Shown: positions 38,198 to 47,819, counted from the stretch's first letter. The stretch: DNA of 51,711 bases from a virus (IMGVR_UViG_3300045922_000428:1-51711); one strand, 5' to 3'. Translations and numbers: made by a program. The notes: generated by a model from the sequence alone, not told the origin.

Positions 38198-38684
38198 GGC
38201 ACCGCTCCTCCACGATCCCGAACATGTCGCAGTATGGCTCTTCGTCAAAGCCAAACCTGGTCAGGATCTCCTCAATGTTTGGAGGCGTCCAGCCCTCCGG
38301 CTTCATCAGATCGACCGCGTGGCCGCGTTTGGTCGCGCCACGCTCCTTGCTCATGTTGGCCCTGTGGACCTCGTCCCAGAGCTGTTGGAACGGCAAGCCG
38401 AGGATGACTGCGGTACCGATGGCGAAGTAGACCAAGTCGACCAGCGCATCGGCCTGCTTGACCAGGTCCTGGACCATGGCGGCGTCCTGGAATTCCTGAA
38501 GCTCCTCCATCATGCACGCAGCGCGCTCCTGCAACAGCCGTCGCGTAGCCAGGCCTGGCACCAGATGGTTGCAAAAGCCAAACTTTCGGTGCATGCGCAG
38601 AACGTCACAGAACAGGTTCCCGTGAGTGGACAGAAGATCCTCGACGTTGTTGCAACCGGGGACCGTGTCATTGTTGCTGCTCAT
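38187..38684 (-). CDS. MazG/PRA-PH-like dNTP pyrophosphohydrolase
   Basis: EELQEF...DALVDLVYFA.G...WDEVHRANMSK...KPEGW.PP. Confidence 0.8.
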   Translation of the reverse strand: MSSNNDTVPGCNNVEDLLSTHGNLFCDVLRMHRKFGFCNHLVPGLATRRLLQERAACMMEELQEFQDAAMVQDLVKQADALVDLVYFAIGTAVILGLPFQQLWDEVHRANMSKERGATKRGHAVDLMKPEGWTPPNIEEILTRFGFDEEPYCDMFGIVEERCRDH

Positions 38685-39598
38685 CGCGTCTTGCTCCTGG
38701 TGGGGGCCGACGACTTGGCGCCGACCATGTTCTTGAGAGTGAACACTCTGACGAAATCGCTGGACGAACTGTGCTTCTCCGGCTCCTTGAGAAATGGATC
38801 CAACATCTTCTGCGTCAGAACTGGAGCCTCGCCGACATCAACATGCCACAAGCAGTTGCGTGAATATTCTGGATAGAGTGGTGCAAAGATGACTGCCAGC
38901 AACTCGGTGTTGTAGTATCCCGACAACTGATCAAACAGACCGCGCCACGACACGGGCAGCCGGTCCTTGTAATCACGTTTGGACGCAAAAGTGCCCCACA
39001 CGTGCTTGATCTTGAACCCCGCCCAACCGAGCATGGCTTGCATGAGCGGGAAACTCATCTCGCTGACGTGGTTGTCGGCAGCGCCAACGCGAGGGTCGTA
39101 GACCGGGGTCGAAATCATGGCCTCGCCGCCACTCTCGGCGACCAACTGGCGCATGAGACAGAGCATACGGAAAGCGTGGTCGGCCTCCACGTGCTCGAGC
39201 ACCTCAAAGCATGTGATCAAATCAAACCCACGCTTGTCCACGACTGCCTTCCGGGCCCAGTCCTCGAAGTCGGTGCGCTGGACAAACTCATGCTTCTGAG
39301 AGTTGGCAAAGACCCTCAGAGCTTCTTCGTTGATAGGTCCGTGGTCGATCCCGACATAACGGCCTGTGACAAACGTGAGCTGCGAGGTGTAGAGCGTCAT
39401 GGCGAGTGGCAATTCTCGCCCGCACCCGACGTCCAGAATGCGCGCCGTCTTGTACAGGTTGTTCTTGCGCAGGTACTTGACAACATGGTTCCACCTCAGA
39501 CAATGGGCAATGTAGTCGCGGTGGATGTACCCGCGCCTTGTGGCATGGTTCAACGAAAGGTAGGTGTTGTCGATAGATTTCCCACGCGCGTTAGCCAC
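38681..39598 (-). CDS. Class I SAM-dependent methyltransferase (small-molecule type)
   Basis: ILDVGCG, GID, FDLITCFEVLEHV, ISTP. Confidence 0.8.
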   Translation of the reverse strand: MANARGKSIDNTYLSLNHATRRGYIHRDYIAHCLRWNHVVKYLRKNNLYKTARILDVGCGRELPLAMTLYTSQLTFVTGRYVGIDHGPINEEALRVFANSQKHEFVQRTDFEDWARKAVVDKRGFDLITCFEVLEHVEADHAFRMLCLMRQLVAESGGEAMISTPVYDPRVGAADNHVSEMSFPLMQAMLGWAGFKIKHVWGTFASKRDYKDRLPVSWRGLFDQLSGYYNTELLAVIFAPLYPEYSRNCLWHVDVGEAPVLTQKMLDPFLKEPEKHSSSSDFVRVFTLKNMVGAKSSAPTRSKTR

Positions 39599-39617
39599 GA
39601 CACTTCTCCCAACTTGT

Positions 39618-39655
39618 GAAAAAAACTACGGCCCGCACCGTTACAGCACGGGCCG
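39618..39655 (-). terminator. Rho-independent terminator
   Basis: cggcccgtgc...gtgcgggccg followed by a T7 run on the minus strand. Confidence 0.6.
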
Positions 39656-39680
39656 AGTTGCGTCCCGCCGGGGGTCGCGT

Positions 39681-40196
39681 TCAGTCCTCGCTCGAGCTCT
39701 CAGGGGCCGGCGCCGACGGCTTCTTCTTGGGCGCCCGGACACTGGTCTTCCCCGAAACGCCCTTGTCCTTGGCCGGCTTGGCCGCGGAGACCTTCTTGGC
39801 CTCCTTGGTCGCCTTGGCCTCCTTGGTCGCCTTGGTCTTGGCGGGCTCGACATTCTCCTTGGCCGGACGCACGGCGGCCGGCGGGTTCTGACCCTCCTTG
39901 CGCAGCTGACCACGGAACCAGGAGACATAGACGACGTGCTTGTCGGGCATCTCCGGGAACTTCTCGCGGGTCTTCTCGAAGATCTGACGATCGGTCAACG
40001 GGTTGGGTCCCGTGTTGGCCATGATCAGCGCCTTCATGACGGACGAGATGGACTCGGCCCGCGGCTTCTTGGCGACCGGCAGACGCTTGTCCTTCGGAGG
40101 CATGGGAAGCGGCTTGTTGGGCCGCGCCTTCTTCTTGGCGGTCTTGGTGGTCTCGATGGTCTCGGTGGTCTCAACGGTCTCGGTGTTCTCACTCAT
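39681..40196 (-). CDS. Lys/Ala-rich (histone H1-like tail) protein with 'WYR/WFR' domain
   Basis: AAGGAG SD; KATKEA repeats; YVSWFRGQLRKEG. Confidence 0.65.
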   Translation of the reverse strand: MSENTETVETTETIETTKTAKKKARPNKPLPMPPKDKRLPVAKKPRAESISSVMKALIMANTGPNPLTDRQIFEKTREKFPEMPDKHVVYVSWFRGQLRKEGQNPPAAVRPAKENVEPAKTKATKEAKATKEAKKVSAAKPAKDKGVSGKTSVRAPKKKPSAPAPESSSED

Positions 40197-40264
40197 GGTG
40201 TGGCTCCTTGCCATGTTCAGAGAGCGGGGATCCGCGCCCTGTAGAAAAAATCCAGAGGCATCCT

Positions 40265-40293
40265 TATCTACTGCGATTGATGGCCGCAGTAAA
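40265..40293 (-). promoter_or_regulatory. Putative promoter TTTACT-N17-TAGATA
   Basis: Variant of the family, with the GCGGCC spacer start. Confidence 0.45.
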
Positions 40294-40307
40294 CATGATG
40301 TTTGTGA

Positions 40308-40916
40308 TCAGACCTTCTTCAGCAGGCCTTTCTTGACCAGTTCCTTTCGGTACCAGTCGACATAGCTGCGGCGATTGTCGGGCAGCCCGAATTTCTCCTG
40401 CACCCGCTTGAAGATCATGTCGTCAGACAGCTCACCCGCAAGGATCAGTGACCTGAACAGGCTGGCGGCAGTCTCCTTCTTCTCGCCAGGCTTCTTGGGA
40501 CCAACGTTCTTCTCCTTGGCCGCTCTGGCCGGCTTCTCGCGACTCGGCTCGTCCGCCTCGTCGGAGGCATACGGGTCGTTGGCCTGCGCTCGATCCTGGG
40601 CCCGCCTCTCACGCACGGCGCGGAGAAGCGTGACCAGCTCGGTCAATTGGACGCCGGCCACGGCCGGTGTCGCATGGACCATTACGTGCTGATCGGTCTC
40701 GGACTCGATCTTCGCGAGCCCTCGTTCGACCAGCTCGTCGATCCCAGCGGTTCCGCCGTAGACCCTGCCGCTGCCAGGCATCTTCCACGTCCGCTTGCCG
40801 ACCTGCCAGGACACGGGACGCTCACCACGCTCGACCCTGAGCGGGTCCGCCAGCCAGGTCGACATCAACTGCCTCAACATGATCAAGGCATCGTCAGACA
40901 GTCCTTCCAATTTCAT
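40308..40916 (-). CDS. Early protein with C-terminal 'WYR' domain
   Basis: GAGGAG SD; FRSLILAG...KFGLPD...YVDWYRKELVKKG. Confidence 0.7.
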   Translation of the reverse strand: MKLEGLSDDALIMLRQLMSTWLADPLRVERGERPVSWQVGKRTWKMPGSGRVYGGTAGIDELVERGLAKIESETDQHVMVHATPAVAGVQLTELVTLLRAVRERRAQDRAQANDPYASDEADEPSREKPARAAKEKNVGPKKPGEKKETAASLFRSLILAGELSDDMIFKRVQEKFGLPDNRRSYVDWYRKELVKKGLLKKV

Positions 40917-40941
40917 GCCGGTCTCCTCGCTTGGTAGGACG

Positions 40942-40970
40942 ATCTTACATTGGTCCAGCTCACTTGTAAA
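40942..40970 (-). promoter_or_regulatory. Sigma70-like promoter TTTACA-N17-TAAGAT
   Basis: Motif family member. Confidence 0.75.
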
Positions 40971-40978
40971 TAGGTAAT

Positions 40979-42454
40979 TTAGCCCCCGCGCTTCCTCTTG
41001 TATTTGATAAACGCGTCGACGAACGACTCTTGCTGTGCCGCCTTTCTCTTTTTTGTGGCGTATAGAAGCTCGTCAACGGTATCACGGGCTAAGATGTGAT
41101 GTATGTACACCTGGGCGGACTGGTTACCCTGCCGCCACACCCGGCGCACAAACTGATCATAGAGTTCATAATCCCATGTCATGGTGTACCACGCCAAGTG
41201 GTTACCGGCTTTCTGCAAATTGAGACCGTGCGCCATGGACATAGGGTTGCCGAACAAAAGTGGAATATTTCCAGCGTTCCAGCGATCTTCAATCTCTTTC
41301 AGATTTTCAATCTTGGAGCTATAAAACGGCACGCCTTCCTTAAAGTGCTCCATCAGCCTGTGGAGATCGTGGCTGAATTCGTACCCAACAAGAAGCGGCG
41401 ATCCCTGCAACTCGTTCACGATGCCCTCAAGATATTCAGCCTTCTCGTTGTGCAGACGTAGATACGTACGGCGATCGCCTAGTTTTATGTGAGCCGATTT
41501 GAACTTGCGTGGAACATTCCGGCCCTCCAGCTCTTCGACGTAGATCCCACCGGCTGCGATCTGCCGGCACTTGCCCATGGCCACGCCCTTTGTAGCAGCG
41601 ACCAGTGAATTGCCTGAGAATTCGGCAAAGAACTCTTCTTCAAATTCATCATAGAGTTTGCGCACATCAGGCGGAAGATCAATGTAGTGCACGCGGTCCA
41701 CCGGCTCAGGCAGACCCTTGGCCTTCAGCGACAGAATGGTTGGCGCCGCCGCCTTGCGGATCTTTTCCTCAGCACCCTCAGCAAGATGGTAGCCGAAGCC
41801 TGAATAATTTGGCACAAAATATTGATTTCGATAGTGTGTGATGGCTTGCCCGAAGGTACGGCCGCCGTCGATGACGAGCATCTGACCAAACAGGTCTTCG
41901 AGGCCGTTAGCCACGAGAGAGCCGGTCAGTCCCCAACGCCGCTGAAACGTGTTGATCACAGAGCGCAACACTTTTGAGCGTCCGGACATGTGATGCTTGA
42001 ACCGCGTCAGCTCGTCCACAATAAGGATGTCGAATCCAAATTCCCTGAAACCTCGCAAGTCTGAGACGACACGAACGCGGCCTGTGATTGGCGACTTTGA
42101 ACGTTCTGCCCCGACAAGCCAATCCAGGCCTTCCGGGTTGATCACACAAATATCAGACTCATAAATCAAATCCACATTTTTTGTCTTGCCGTGCAAGACG
42201 TTCAACTTGAAGTCATTGAACTCGATCCATTTTTCAACCTCTGCAGGCCACACAAGATGAGCCGGCTTGAGCGGCGCAATGATCAGGGCGCGGGTAAACA
42301 TGCCCTTGTCCTTGAGCACGCGCAACGCGCCTAGCGAGATGCTAGTCTTTCCGACCCCCGGCTCTGCTGCGATGATCGCCGCGTTCCTTTCGAGCAGAAA
42401 CTTCATAGCGGACTTCTGCTCCGGCGAAGGCTTCCAGTTTTCTGAAGGCGTCAA
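40979..42454 (-). CDS. SNF2-like superfamily 2 helicase (start uncertain)
   Basis: EPGVGKT, IVDE, GLTGS, HGLNLQ, RVWRQG. Confidence 0.88.
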   Translation of the reverse strand: MTPSENWKPSPEQKSAMKFLLERNAAIIAAEPGVGKTSISLGALRVLKDKGMFTRALIIAPLKPAHLVWPAEVEKWIEFNDFKLNVLHGKTKNVDLIYESDICVINPEGLDWLVGAERSKSPITGRVRVVSDLRGFREFGFDILIVDELTRFKHHMSGRSKVLRSVINTFQRRWGLTGSLVANGLEDLFGQMLVIDGGRTFGQAITHYRNQYFVPNYSGFGYHLAEGAEEKIRKAAAPTILSLKAKGLPEPVDRVHYIDLPPDVRKLYDEFEEEFFAEFSGNSLVAATKGVAMGKCRQIAAGGIYVEELEGRNVPRKFKSAHIKLGDRRTYLRLHNEKAEYLEGIVNELQGSPLLVGYEFSHDLHRLMEHFKEGVPFYSSKIENLKEIEDRWNAGNIPLLFGNPMSMAHGLNLQKAGNHLAWYTMTWDYELYDQFVRRVWRQGNQSAQVYIHHILARDTVDELLYATKKRKAAQQESFVDAFIKYKRKRGG

Positions 42455-42707
42455 CAGGATCTGTTGCCGCAATGACGGTGAAGCCGAGTTCTTCAAGGAG
42501 CTGCGCTCGGTATTTTTGGATGGCACGGAGTGGTCTCCCGCTTCGCTTGAATTCAACAAAGAACACACGGCCGCCCGACAAAAGCACAAGACGATCAGGC
42601 CAGCCGTTTGAACCTGGTGTTGCAAACTTCAGGCACAGATACTTTGCACGCTTGCACAACTCGACAAAGCGCGCTTCTCCTCCGTCACGACCCTCAGCCA
42701 ACATCAC
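42342..42707 (-). CDS. VRR-NUC domain nuclease
   Basis: G.PDRLVL...FVEFK...Q.......GF. Confidence 0.8.
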   Translation of the reverse strand: MMLAEGRDGGEARFVELCKRAKYLCLKFATPGSNGWPDRLVLLSGGRVFFVEFKRSGRPLRAIQKYRAQLLEELGFTVIAATDPVDAFRKLEAFAGAEVRYEVSARKERGDHRSRAGGRKD

Positions 42708-42976
42708 CGATTGCCGCTGTAAACCCCGGCGACCAGGTCTCCGTTGGCCAAGCGCCCAGGCGCCGACGTATTGTAAGTCTCGTTGAACTCACCGCGGACA
42801 TCCCTGTTGAGAAAACACCAGAACTCCGGTCGCGAGCCCGCTCCGTCTCGATTTTCCGTCTGCACAAGCACGACCCAGACTAGATCGTACTCCGGCCCAT
42901 AGTCGATCAGGACGTGCGCTGCACCGCGACCTCGCGGGGTGTGCACGCGGATAGTGGGGTTCAACTGGATCATCAT
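42704..42976 (-). CDS. Hypothetical protein
   Basis: GGAGG SD; QLNP...TP.G.G.A..LIDYG.E..L.W pattern. Confidence 0.6.
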   Translation of the reverse strand: MMIQLNPTIRVHTPRGRGAAHVLIDYGPEYDLVWVVLVQTENRDGAGSRPEFWCFLNRDVRGEFNETYNTSAPGRLANGDLVAGVYSGNR

Positions 42977-42992
42977 CTGATTGTACCTCCGT

Positions 42993-43763
42993 CTAGATCG
43001 TACAAGGTCCGCCGTTCTCCTTGCGGAAGTGGCAGAATTGGCAGTGGCTTCCTGGACGCGGCAGAAACTGTGTGTCGTTGAACATCTTGGAGACTCGCCG
43101 CTCCCAATCCGCCTGAAGCTTGGACAGCTCAGACTCGCGATAGTCGGCGTCGGGCACAAAGATCTCGCCGTTGTCAACGTAGATCAACGAAGATGTGGCG
43201 CGCTTGGCGCCGCCATGTATGGCCAGTGCAGTGGTGCAGTACAAATTCAACTGAAGCAGATACTCGTCGTTCTTTTGTGCACGAAACTTGCCGGACTTGT
43301 AATCGTCCACGTTGACGACGCCGGTGCGTGTATTGTAATGCGCAAAATCCACCTTGACACGCAACCAACAGCCGTCCCAGTCGTTCCAAGTCGTCAACGA
43401 CCAGTCTTTACGGAAGGCCCACGTGTCGTTGATCGTGACTTTTTGAGGCTCCTTGGCGTAAAGCTTCCGGTGAGTCTCGATCTTCTTGCGGGCGGGTTCC
43501 TGAGCGTGTACATCGAGTGTCTTGGTCTTACCCTTGACGTATTCCTCGATTGCGTCGTGGATCCTGTTGCCACGCTCAAGCGCCGGTGAAGAAGGCTCGA
43601 CCAATTTGTCGATGGCCTTCAGCTTGTACTTCAACGGGCAGGTCTCGTACTCGTTCCAGCGCGAGAACGACCAGCTTCGAACACGCGGAGCAGCAGACTG
43701 CTCAGCACGACGTCTTTGATACGTCGAACCTGCGCCAACACGTGTACTTCCAATCAACGGCAT
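42993..43763 (-). CDS. PD-(D/E)XK (Cas4/RecB-like) exonuclease
   Basis: WSFSR...CP, RG..IH, VDF...DYKSG, QL..Y, C.FC.F...C. Confidence 0.85.
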   Translation of the reverse strand: MPLIGSTRVGAGSTYQRRRAEQSAAPRVRSWSFSRWNEYETCPLKYKLKAIDKLVEPSSPALERGNRIHDAIEEYVKGKTKTLDVHAQEPARKKIETHRKLYAKEPQKVTINDTWAFRKDWSLTTWNDWDGCWLRVKVDFAHYNTRTGVVNVDDYKSGKFRAQKNDEYLLQLNLYCTTALAIHGGAKRATSSLIYVDNGEIFVPDADYRESELSKLQADWERRVSKMFNDTQFLPRPGSHCQFCHFRKENGGPCTI

Positions 43764-43764
43764 G

Positions 43765-45738
43765 TCAGATCTCCTTCAGGACCACGCCCCTTTTGTCGAC
43801 ATCTTCCAAGACGGCCCAATTACGGTCAGACCAAGAGCCTTCCGAGAGCATTGGTACGTCAAACTCGATAGACTCCATGCACTCCTTCAGCTCGCGCATG
43901 GCCCATTTTGCCTCGTGCCGAGGTGCTGAGATGAGGATCTCGTCGTGCACCTGCATATAGACAAACCAAGTGTTCTGTTTGCCGAGTTCAAACACCCGCT
44001 GTTCAAACCGAACAAGAGCCTCTTTTGTGCAATCGGCGGCGGATCCCTGAACAAGAAGATTGACCATCTTATAGTCGAACTGGCGGAGACGTCCATTCAC
44101 AATGGCTGGCGGCTGGCAATAGTACTCACGACCACCCCAAGTCACGAGCGGTTGGTTGTCGCGGGCCAACACTTTCATCTCCTGATACATCTTACCGAGG
44201 CCCGGATAGAGTTTGAAGATTGCGTCACGCAGCCTCCTAGTCTCATCGATGGTGGAGTTGTTCTTTTCCGCCAAACTAGCAACCCCCTGTCCGTAAATGA
44301 TGCCTAGATTGATATTCTTCACCGGCTTACGCTCAAACTTACGGTTGAGGATCTTCTCAAGGTGTTCCTTGGCGTTGTCGTGGTAGTCAATCCATGGTGA
44401 GGCACGGTATTGCTCCATGAGCTCACCGCCTTCAAAATGGGCCAGGATCCTTGGCTCCTGCTGGCTGTAGTCGCGGTCAAGTAGTACGTGGTCTTCCGTG
44501 TACGGCACGACGTAACTACGGCACAGCGGCAGCGGTGGCAGATCCGGCCACGGGCATTTTGGGAGATGCGCCGTCAACTTCTTCAAGGACGCACTGCGCG
44601 TGTCTTTGAAGAGCGGGTCAAACTGCTTGGGAATGTTTTGGAAGTTTGGCGTGCTGGACAAACGCCCAGTGCGTGTGCCAAATTCACCTTTGATCTGATT
44701 CCAGTTGGTGAAAATGAGACCATTGGAAGCCTCAGCCATCTTGAGCCACTTGCTCAAAAACGTATTGAGGCAAGTACGCAACTGCGCACGGTACTGGAGA
44801 ACCTTAGAAAGCACCTGGTCAGACACTGCGCGATCCAGGGCGTCGGTGTCGGTGCGCAGTGCCCCCTTATCGGTATAACCAAGCTTTGAAAGCTCCACAA
44901 CATTTGCAGCTTGCAGCAGCTCGATAAGCTCTGCAGCCGAATTGAGATTTGGTGGTATCTCAGACTTGATTGTGGAACCGTAGCCGACACGTTTCAGGAT
45001 CCAGCTGTCGATCTTCTCCAGCCAATCACTGTACATGTTTACATCGTGGCGCAACCGCTTGAGATCCACACGAACGCCGTGTCGTTCGGATCTCATAAGC
45101 GCAGAGATCAAACGACGCTCTCGGTCGTAAGCGCCATGCATCCCACGCTCTTTGATGACCGTCTTCCAGAGCTTGCGGAACAGCCCGTCGGTGCGGTCGA
45201 CGTCGCCGTTGGCGTATTTGCCCACCAAGCCCCCAGGCGCATAGGCAACATAGGCGCCGGCGTACGGATTTTTTCCGTTGCGTGCTTTGGTGAGCTTTAC
45301 ACCCGGCACAGGCTGATTAGCAACCAGCCACTCAATCACCTCGTCACGCTCATCCGGCGGCAAACCAAGCTCGCGTTGGGCCGCGGACTTCAGTCCCGCG
45401 TCTTGCTCATGCGGGTTGTGAAGGAACACGAGAAAGGCTGTGTCATGCACCCGAGTCCAATGCGGCATCGGCAGCCCAAGCTTCTCTGTAGCCACTGCCA
45501 AATCAAACTTGGCATTGTGAAACAGAAGCTGCAACTTGGGATCGTTCCAGATCTTACCAAGCGCGTCCATCGCCTGCTTCTTCGTGTGCGTGTTCCCTGA
45601 CGGGTGACCCCACGCGTAATAGATCGGTCGACGGTTGTGCATCTTGATCGAAACACCTACCGGCTCCGGCGGGTACGCAGGTCGCAACTCGATCGGGAAC
45701 GTTTCAAAGTCCACCGTGACAACGTTTTTGAAAAACAT
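43765..45738 (-). CDS. DNA polymerase, family A, with 3'-5' exonuclease
   Basis: DFET, HNAKFD, TGRLSS.PNFQNIP, DYSQQEPR, K..NLG..YG, QGSAAD, VHDE. Confidence 0.95.
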   Translation of the reverse strand: MFFKNVVTVDFETFPIELRPAYPPEPVGVSIKMHNRRPIYYAWGHPSGNTHTKKQAMDALGKIWNDPKLQLLFHNAKFDLAVATEKLGLPMPHWTRVHDTAFLVFLHNPHEQDAGLKSAAQRELGLPPDERDEVIEWLVANQPVPGVKLTKARNGKNPYAGAYVAYAPGGLVGKYANGDVDRTDGLFRKLWKTVIKERGMHGAYDRERRLISALMRSERHGVRVDLKRLRHDVNMYSDWLEKIDSWILKRVGYGSTIKSEIPPNLNSAAELIELLQAANVVELSKLGYTDKGALRTDTDALDRAVSDQVLSKVLQYRAQLRTCLNTFLSKWLKMAEASNGLIFTNWNQIKGEFGTRTGRLSSTPNFQNIPKQFDPLFKDTRSASLKKLTAHLPKCPWPDLPPLPLCRSYVVPYTEDHVLLDRDYSQQEPRILAHFEGGELMEQYRASPWIDYHDNAKEHLEKILNRKFERKPVKNINLGIIYGQGVASLAEKNNSTIDETRRLRDAIFKLYPGLGKMYQEMKVLARDNQPLVTWGGREYYCQPPAIVNGRLRQFDYKMVNLLVQGSAADCTKEALVRFEQRVFELGKQNTWFVYMQVHDEILISAPRHEAKWAMRELKECMESIEFDVPMLSEGSWSDRNWAVLEDVDKRGVVLKEI

Positions 45739-45983
45739 CAGAACCGGACCTTGTAGGTGTTGTTGCGCAGCTGCTCGCGCTCTTCGGCGGCACGAAGCCT
45801 GTTGAGGCGGCTGTGGATCCGGATCATGAACCGCAACCGCCTCGGTCCGAGCATCTCAACCTGCATGGCCTTGAAGCAGTCCTTGAGGTCGCACGACATC
45901 AACTGCTCGTTCAGATCGCGCCAGTTGCTGGCTGGGATCCGCGTAACGCCAGGCGAGACGACGTCAGACTTCTTCGTGGCCAT
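45738..45983 (-). CDS. Hypothetical protein
   Basis: Coupled to the PolA gene. Confidence 0.6.
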   Translation of the reverse strand: MATKKSDVVSPGVTRIPASNWRDLNEQLMSCDLKDCFKAMQVEMLGPRRLRFMIRIHSRLNRLRAAEEREQLRNNTYKVRF

Positions 45984-45995
45984 GATAGATCAACC

Positions 45996-46904
45996 TTAGT
46001 TGGACGCTCTGGTAAACTTGCTGGCACCGACACGCGCCGAGGGCTTGGCCCGCGCAGCCGCGCGCTGTTGTGTGGAGCCGCGCGCTGCATTCGGATCGCC
46101 CAGTTGATACGGCGAGGCAATCGACTGCTTGGCCTCGTCATGCCGCGTCATGGCCGCCGCGATGTAATCGTCGTCCAGATCCGTCAGAGCCTCGATCGGC
46201 TCAAAGACGACACGGAACTGGGTCTTGGGGTCAGGCTTCACGGAAATCTTTGTGATGAGGCCGTGCGGCGGAAGCTTGAGGGCACCGGCCGCCGACTTGA
46301 CAAACTGGGCGAAAGCGGCGGTTGACGTGACTGGAAGCCTCATGTAGGCGATTTCGCCCTCCATAAGCTCCTTCGCGGAGAATCGCTTGAACACGCCGCG
46401 GGCGTCGAATGCGCCAGCCGCCACAAGAGCCAATCGACGCGTGTTCTTGCAGGCCTTGCCCCTGGCTGTCACGGGATTGCTGCCCCACTGGTTCATGGGA
46501 CAGACCTGACACGTGGATTCGGACTGCGCCTGCCCGGCAGCCACGACGTTTGGGTGTGGCGCCATATCCTTATCGGACTCCCCAAACGCGAAACAGATAG
46601 GGGAGGCGGGGTTGTCAGGGTCGTAGGGCGCATCGCCATAGTAGACGTTCTCGAGCACGTGAGCGGCGATGACGACGGGGATCTGGTTGCCCTCGATCGG
46701 AGTGTCGTTGTAGACGAGGACGCCGTTGCGGACGGAAAAGGTCTTCCCGCCCCCGACATGCTCCTCCATCTTGGCAGCGATCTTGGCCTGCTCGGCCAGC
46801 TGCTGACGCCAAGCCGTGAGCGCCTGGCTCTTGGCGCCGCCAGTGTTGGCGACAGGCAGACCGGTCTTCTCCTCGGAGTCCGGCTTGGTACGACGTGATG
46901 CCAT
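45996..46904 (-). CDS. Putative ssDNA-binding/annealing protein
   Basis: P.CF...P.......C..CP.NQWGS...GKACKN.RRL pattern typical of PolA-linked phage replication modules. Confidence 0.6.
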   Translation of the reverse strand: MASRRTKPDSEEKTGLPVANTGGAKSQALTAWRQQLAEQAKIAAKMEEHVGGGKTFSVRNGVLVYNDTPIEGNQIPVVIAAHVLENVYYGDAPYDPDNPASPICFAFGESDKDMAPHPNVVAAGQAQSESTCQVCPMNQWGSNPVTARGKACKNTRRLALVAAGAFDARGVFKRFSAKELMEGEIAYMRLPVTSTAAFAQFVKSAAGALKLPPHGLITKISVKPDPKTQFRVVFEPIEALTDLDDDYIAAAMTRHDEAKQSIASPYQLGDPNAARGSTQQRAAARAKPSARVGASKFTRASN

Positions 46905-46968
46905 CTTCTGTGTCTCCAGATGTAAAAGGCTCGAGCTGTTTGTATCCCGAGCCTTCAGTTGCGTAAAC

Positions 46969-47352
46969 TCAGATTTTTGTGACTGAGAGCTTGATCTGCT
47001 CCATCGGCTCGACGCCGGGGACAGTCTTCGAGGCCTCCCAGAAACCCCGCACCGCCTCTGCTGAGACGCGCTGCGACAACAGGTCGAGACGCTTGTGCTT
47101 CTTGGCAAAGTTGACCAGCGCCTCAAAGTCATTGATGACGGGGATCTGAGACTTCACGACGACGGCCTTGTAGGCCTTTCCAACCGCACCGCCGTCACCC
47201 ACGGGAAGCCTGCTGAGAAGCTCGTCACGGATGCGCGCAAGCTCTTCGTCGCACTCGTCGACCTTGCGCTTCGCCTCCTTCTTCAGGACATCCCTGACGT
47301 AGGCATAGCGGTCAGCAAGCTCCCCGAGTGAGCGAGGCTTCTTGGTCGACAT
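46969..47352 (-). CDS. Hypothetical replication-module protein (coiled coil)
   Basis: GGAGG SD; D...L..F......DLL..R pattern. Confidence 0.6.
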   Translation of the reverse strand: MSTKKPRSLGELADRYAYVRDVLKKEAKRKVDECDEELARIRDELLSRLPVGDGGAVGKAYKAVVVKSQIPVINDFEALVNFAKKHKRLDLLSQRVSAEAVRGFWEASKTVPGVEPMEQIKLSVTKI

Positions 47353-47353
47353 G

Positions 47354-47548
47354 TCAGTACCTCCAGGGGATCATACCGGCGTCCCGCAGGATCTGGCGAG
47401 CCTGATCGGTCAACCGATAGAAGTGCGTGGATTGGAGATTGTTGTACACGACCTCAGTCACCGAGGCGACAAGAATGTCGCCAACGCAGACCTCGCCGCT
47501 GCCGCCCGGGTAGGCAAGCAAAGCGTTACGGATGTCCTCCGCCTTCAT
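47354..47548 (-). CDS. Hypothetical protein
   Basis: AGGAG SD. Confidence 0.5.
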   Translation of the reverse strand: MKAEDIRNALLAYPGGSGEVCVGDILVASVTEVVYNNLQSTHFYRLTDQARQILRDAGMIPWRY

Positions 47549-47583
47549 CTGAATGCTCCTTGATTGATCGCCGGCGCGGCGGG

Positions 47584-47796
47584 CTACTTGTTGTTGAACC
47601 GACGGTTGGCCCGGATCTTGGCCTCCTCCAACTTACGGCGTTCCTTGGCCGCCTGGGCCACCGGGTCACGGCGAGCGCGCTTGATGTATCGCACGTCCTG
47701 CTTCATCTGGATCCGCTTGCGGCGGCAGGTCCTTGCACTCATCTTGTGATCCTCATTGCATTGGTGTGAATGTACTTGAACGCGGGCAGAAAGCAA
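47584..47796 (-). CDS. Small basic hypothetical protein (likely start MSARTC)
   Basis: GAGG SD before the internal ATG. Confidence 0.45.
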   Translation of the reverse strand: MLSARVQVHSHQCNEDHKMSARTCRRKRIQMKQDVRYIKRARRDPVAQAAKERRKLEEAKIRANRRFNNK

Positions 47797-47819
47797 CCCC
47801 CGGGCACTGGTCCCGGGGG
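47797..47819 (-). terminator. Hairpin terminator after the DUF932 gene
   Basis: cccccggg-cactggt-cccggggg followed by TTGCTTT on the minus strand. Confidence 0.55.

Noticed and set aside
38681-39598. DNA methyltransferase of a restriction-modification system
   Set aside because: Lacks DPPY/NPPY or PC catalytic motifs; looks like a small-molecule methyltransferase
42993-43763. Cas4 as part of a CRISPR system
   Set aside because: No repeat-spacer array or other cas genes seen; typical stand-alone phage replication nuclease
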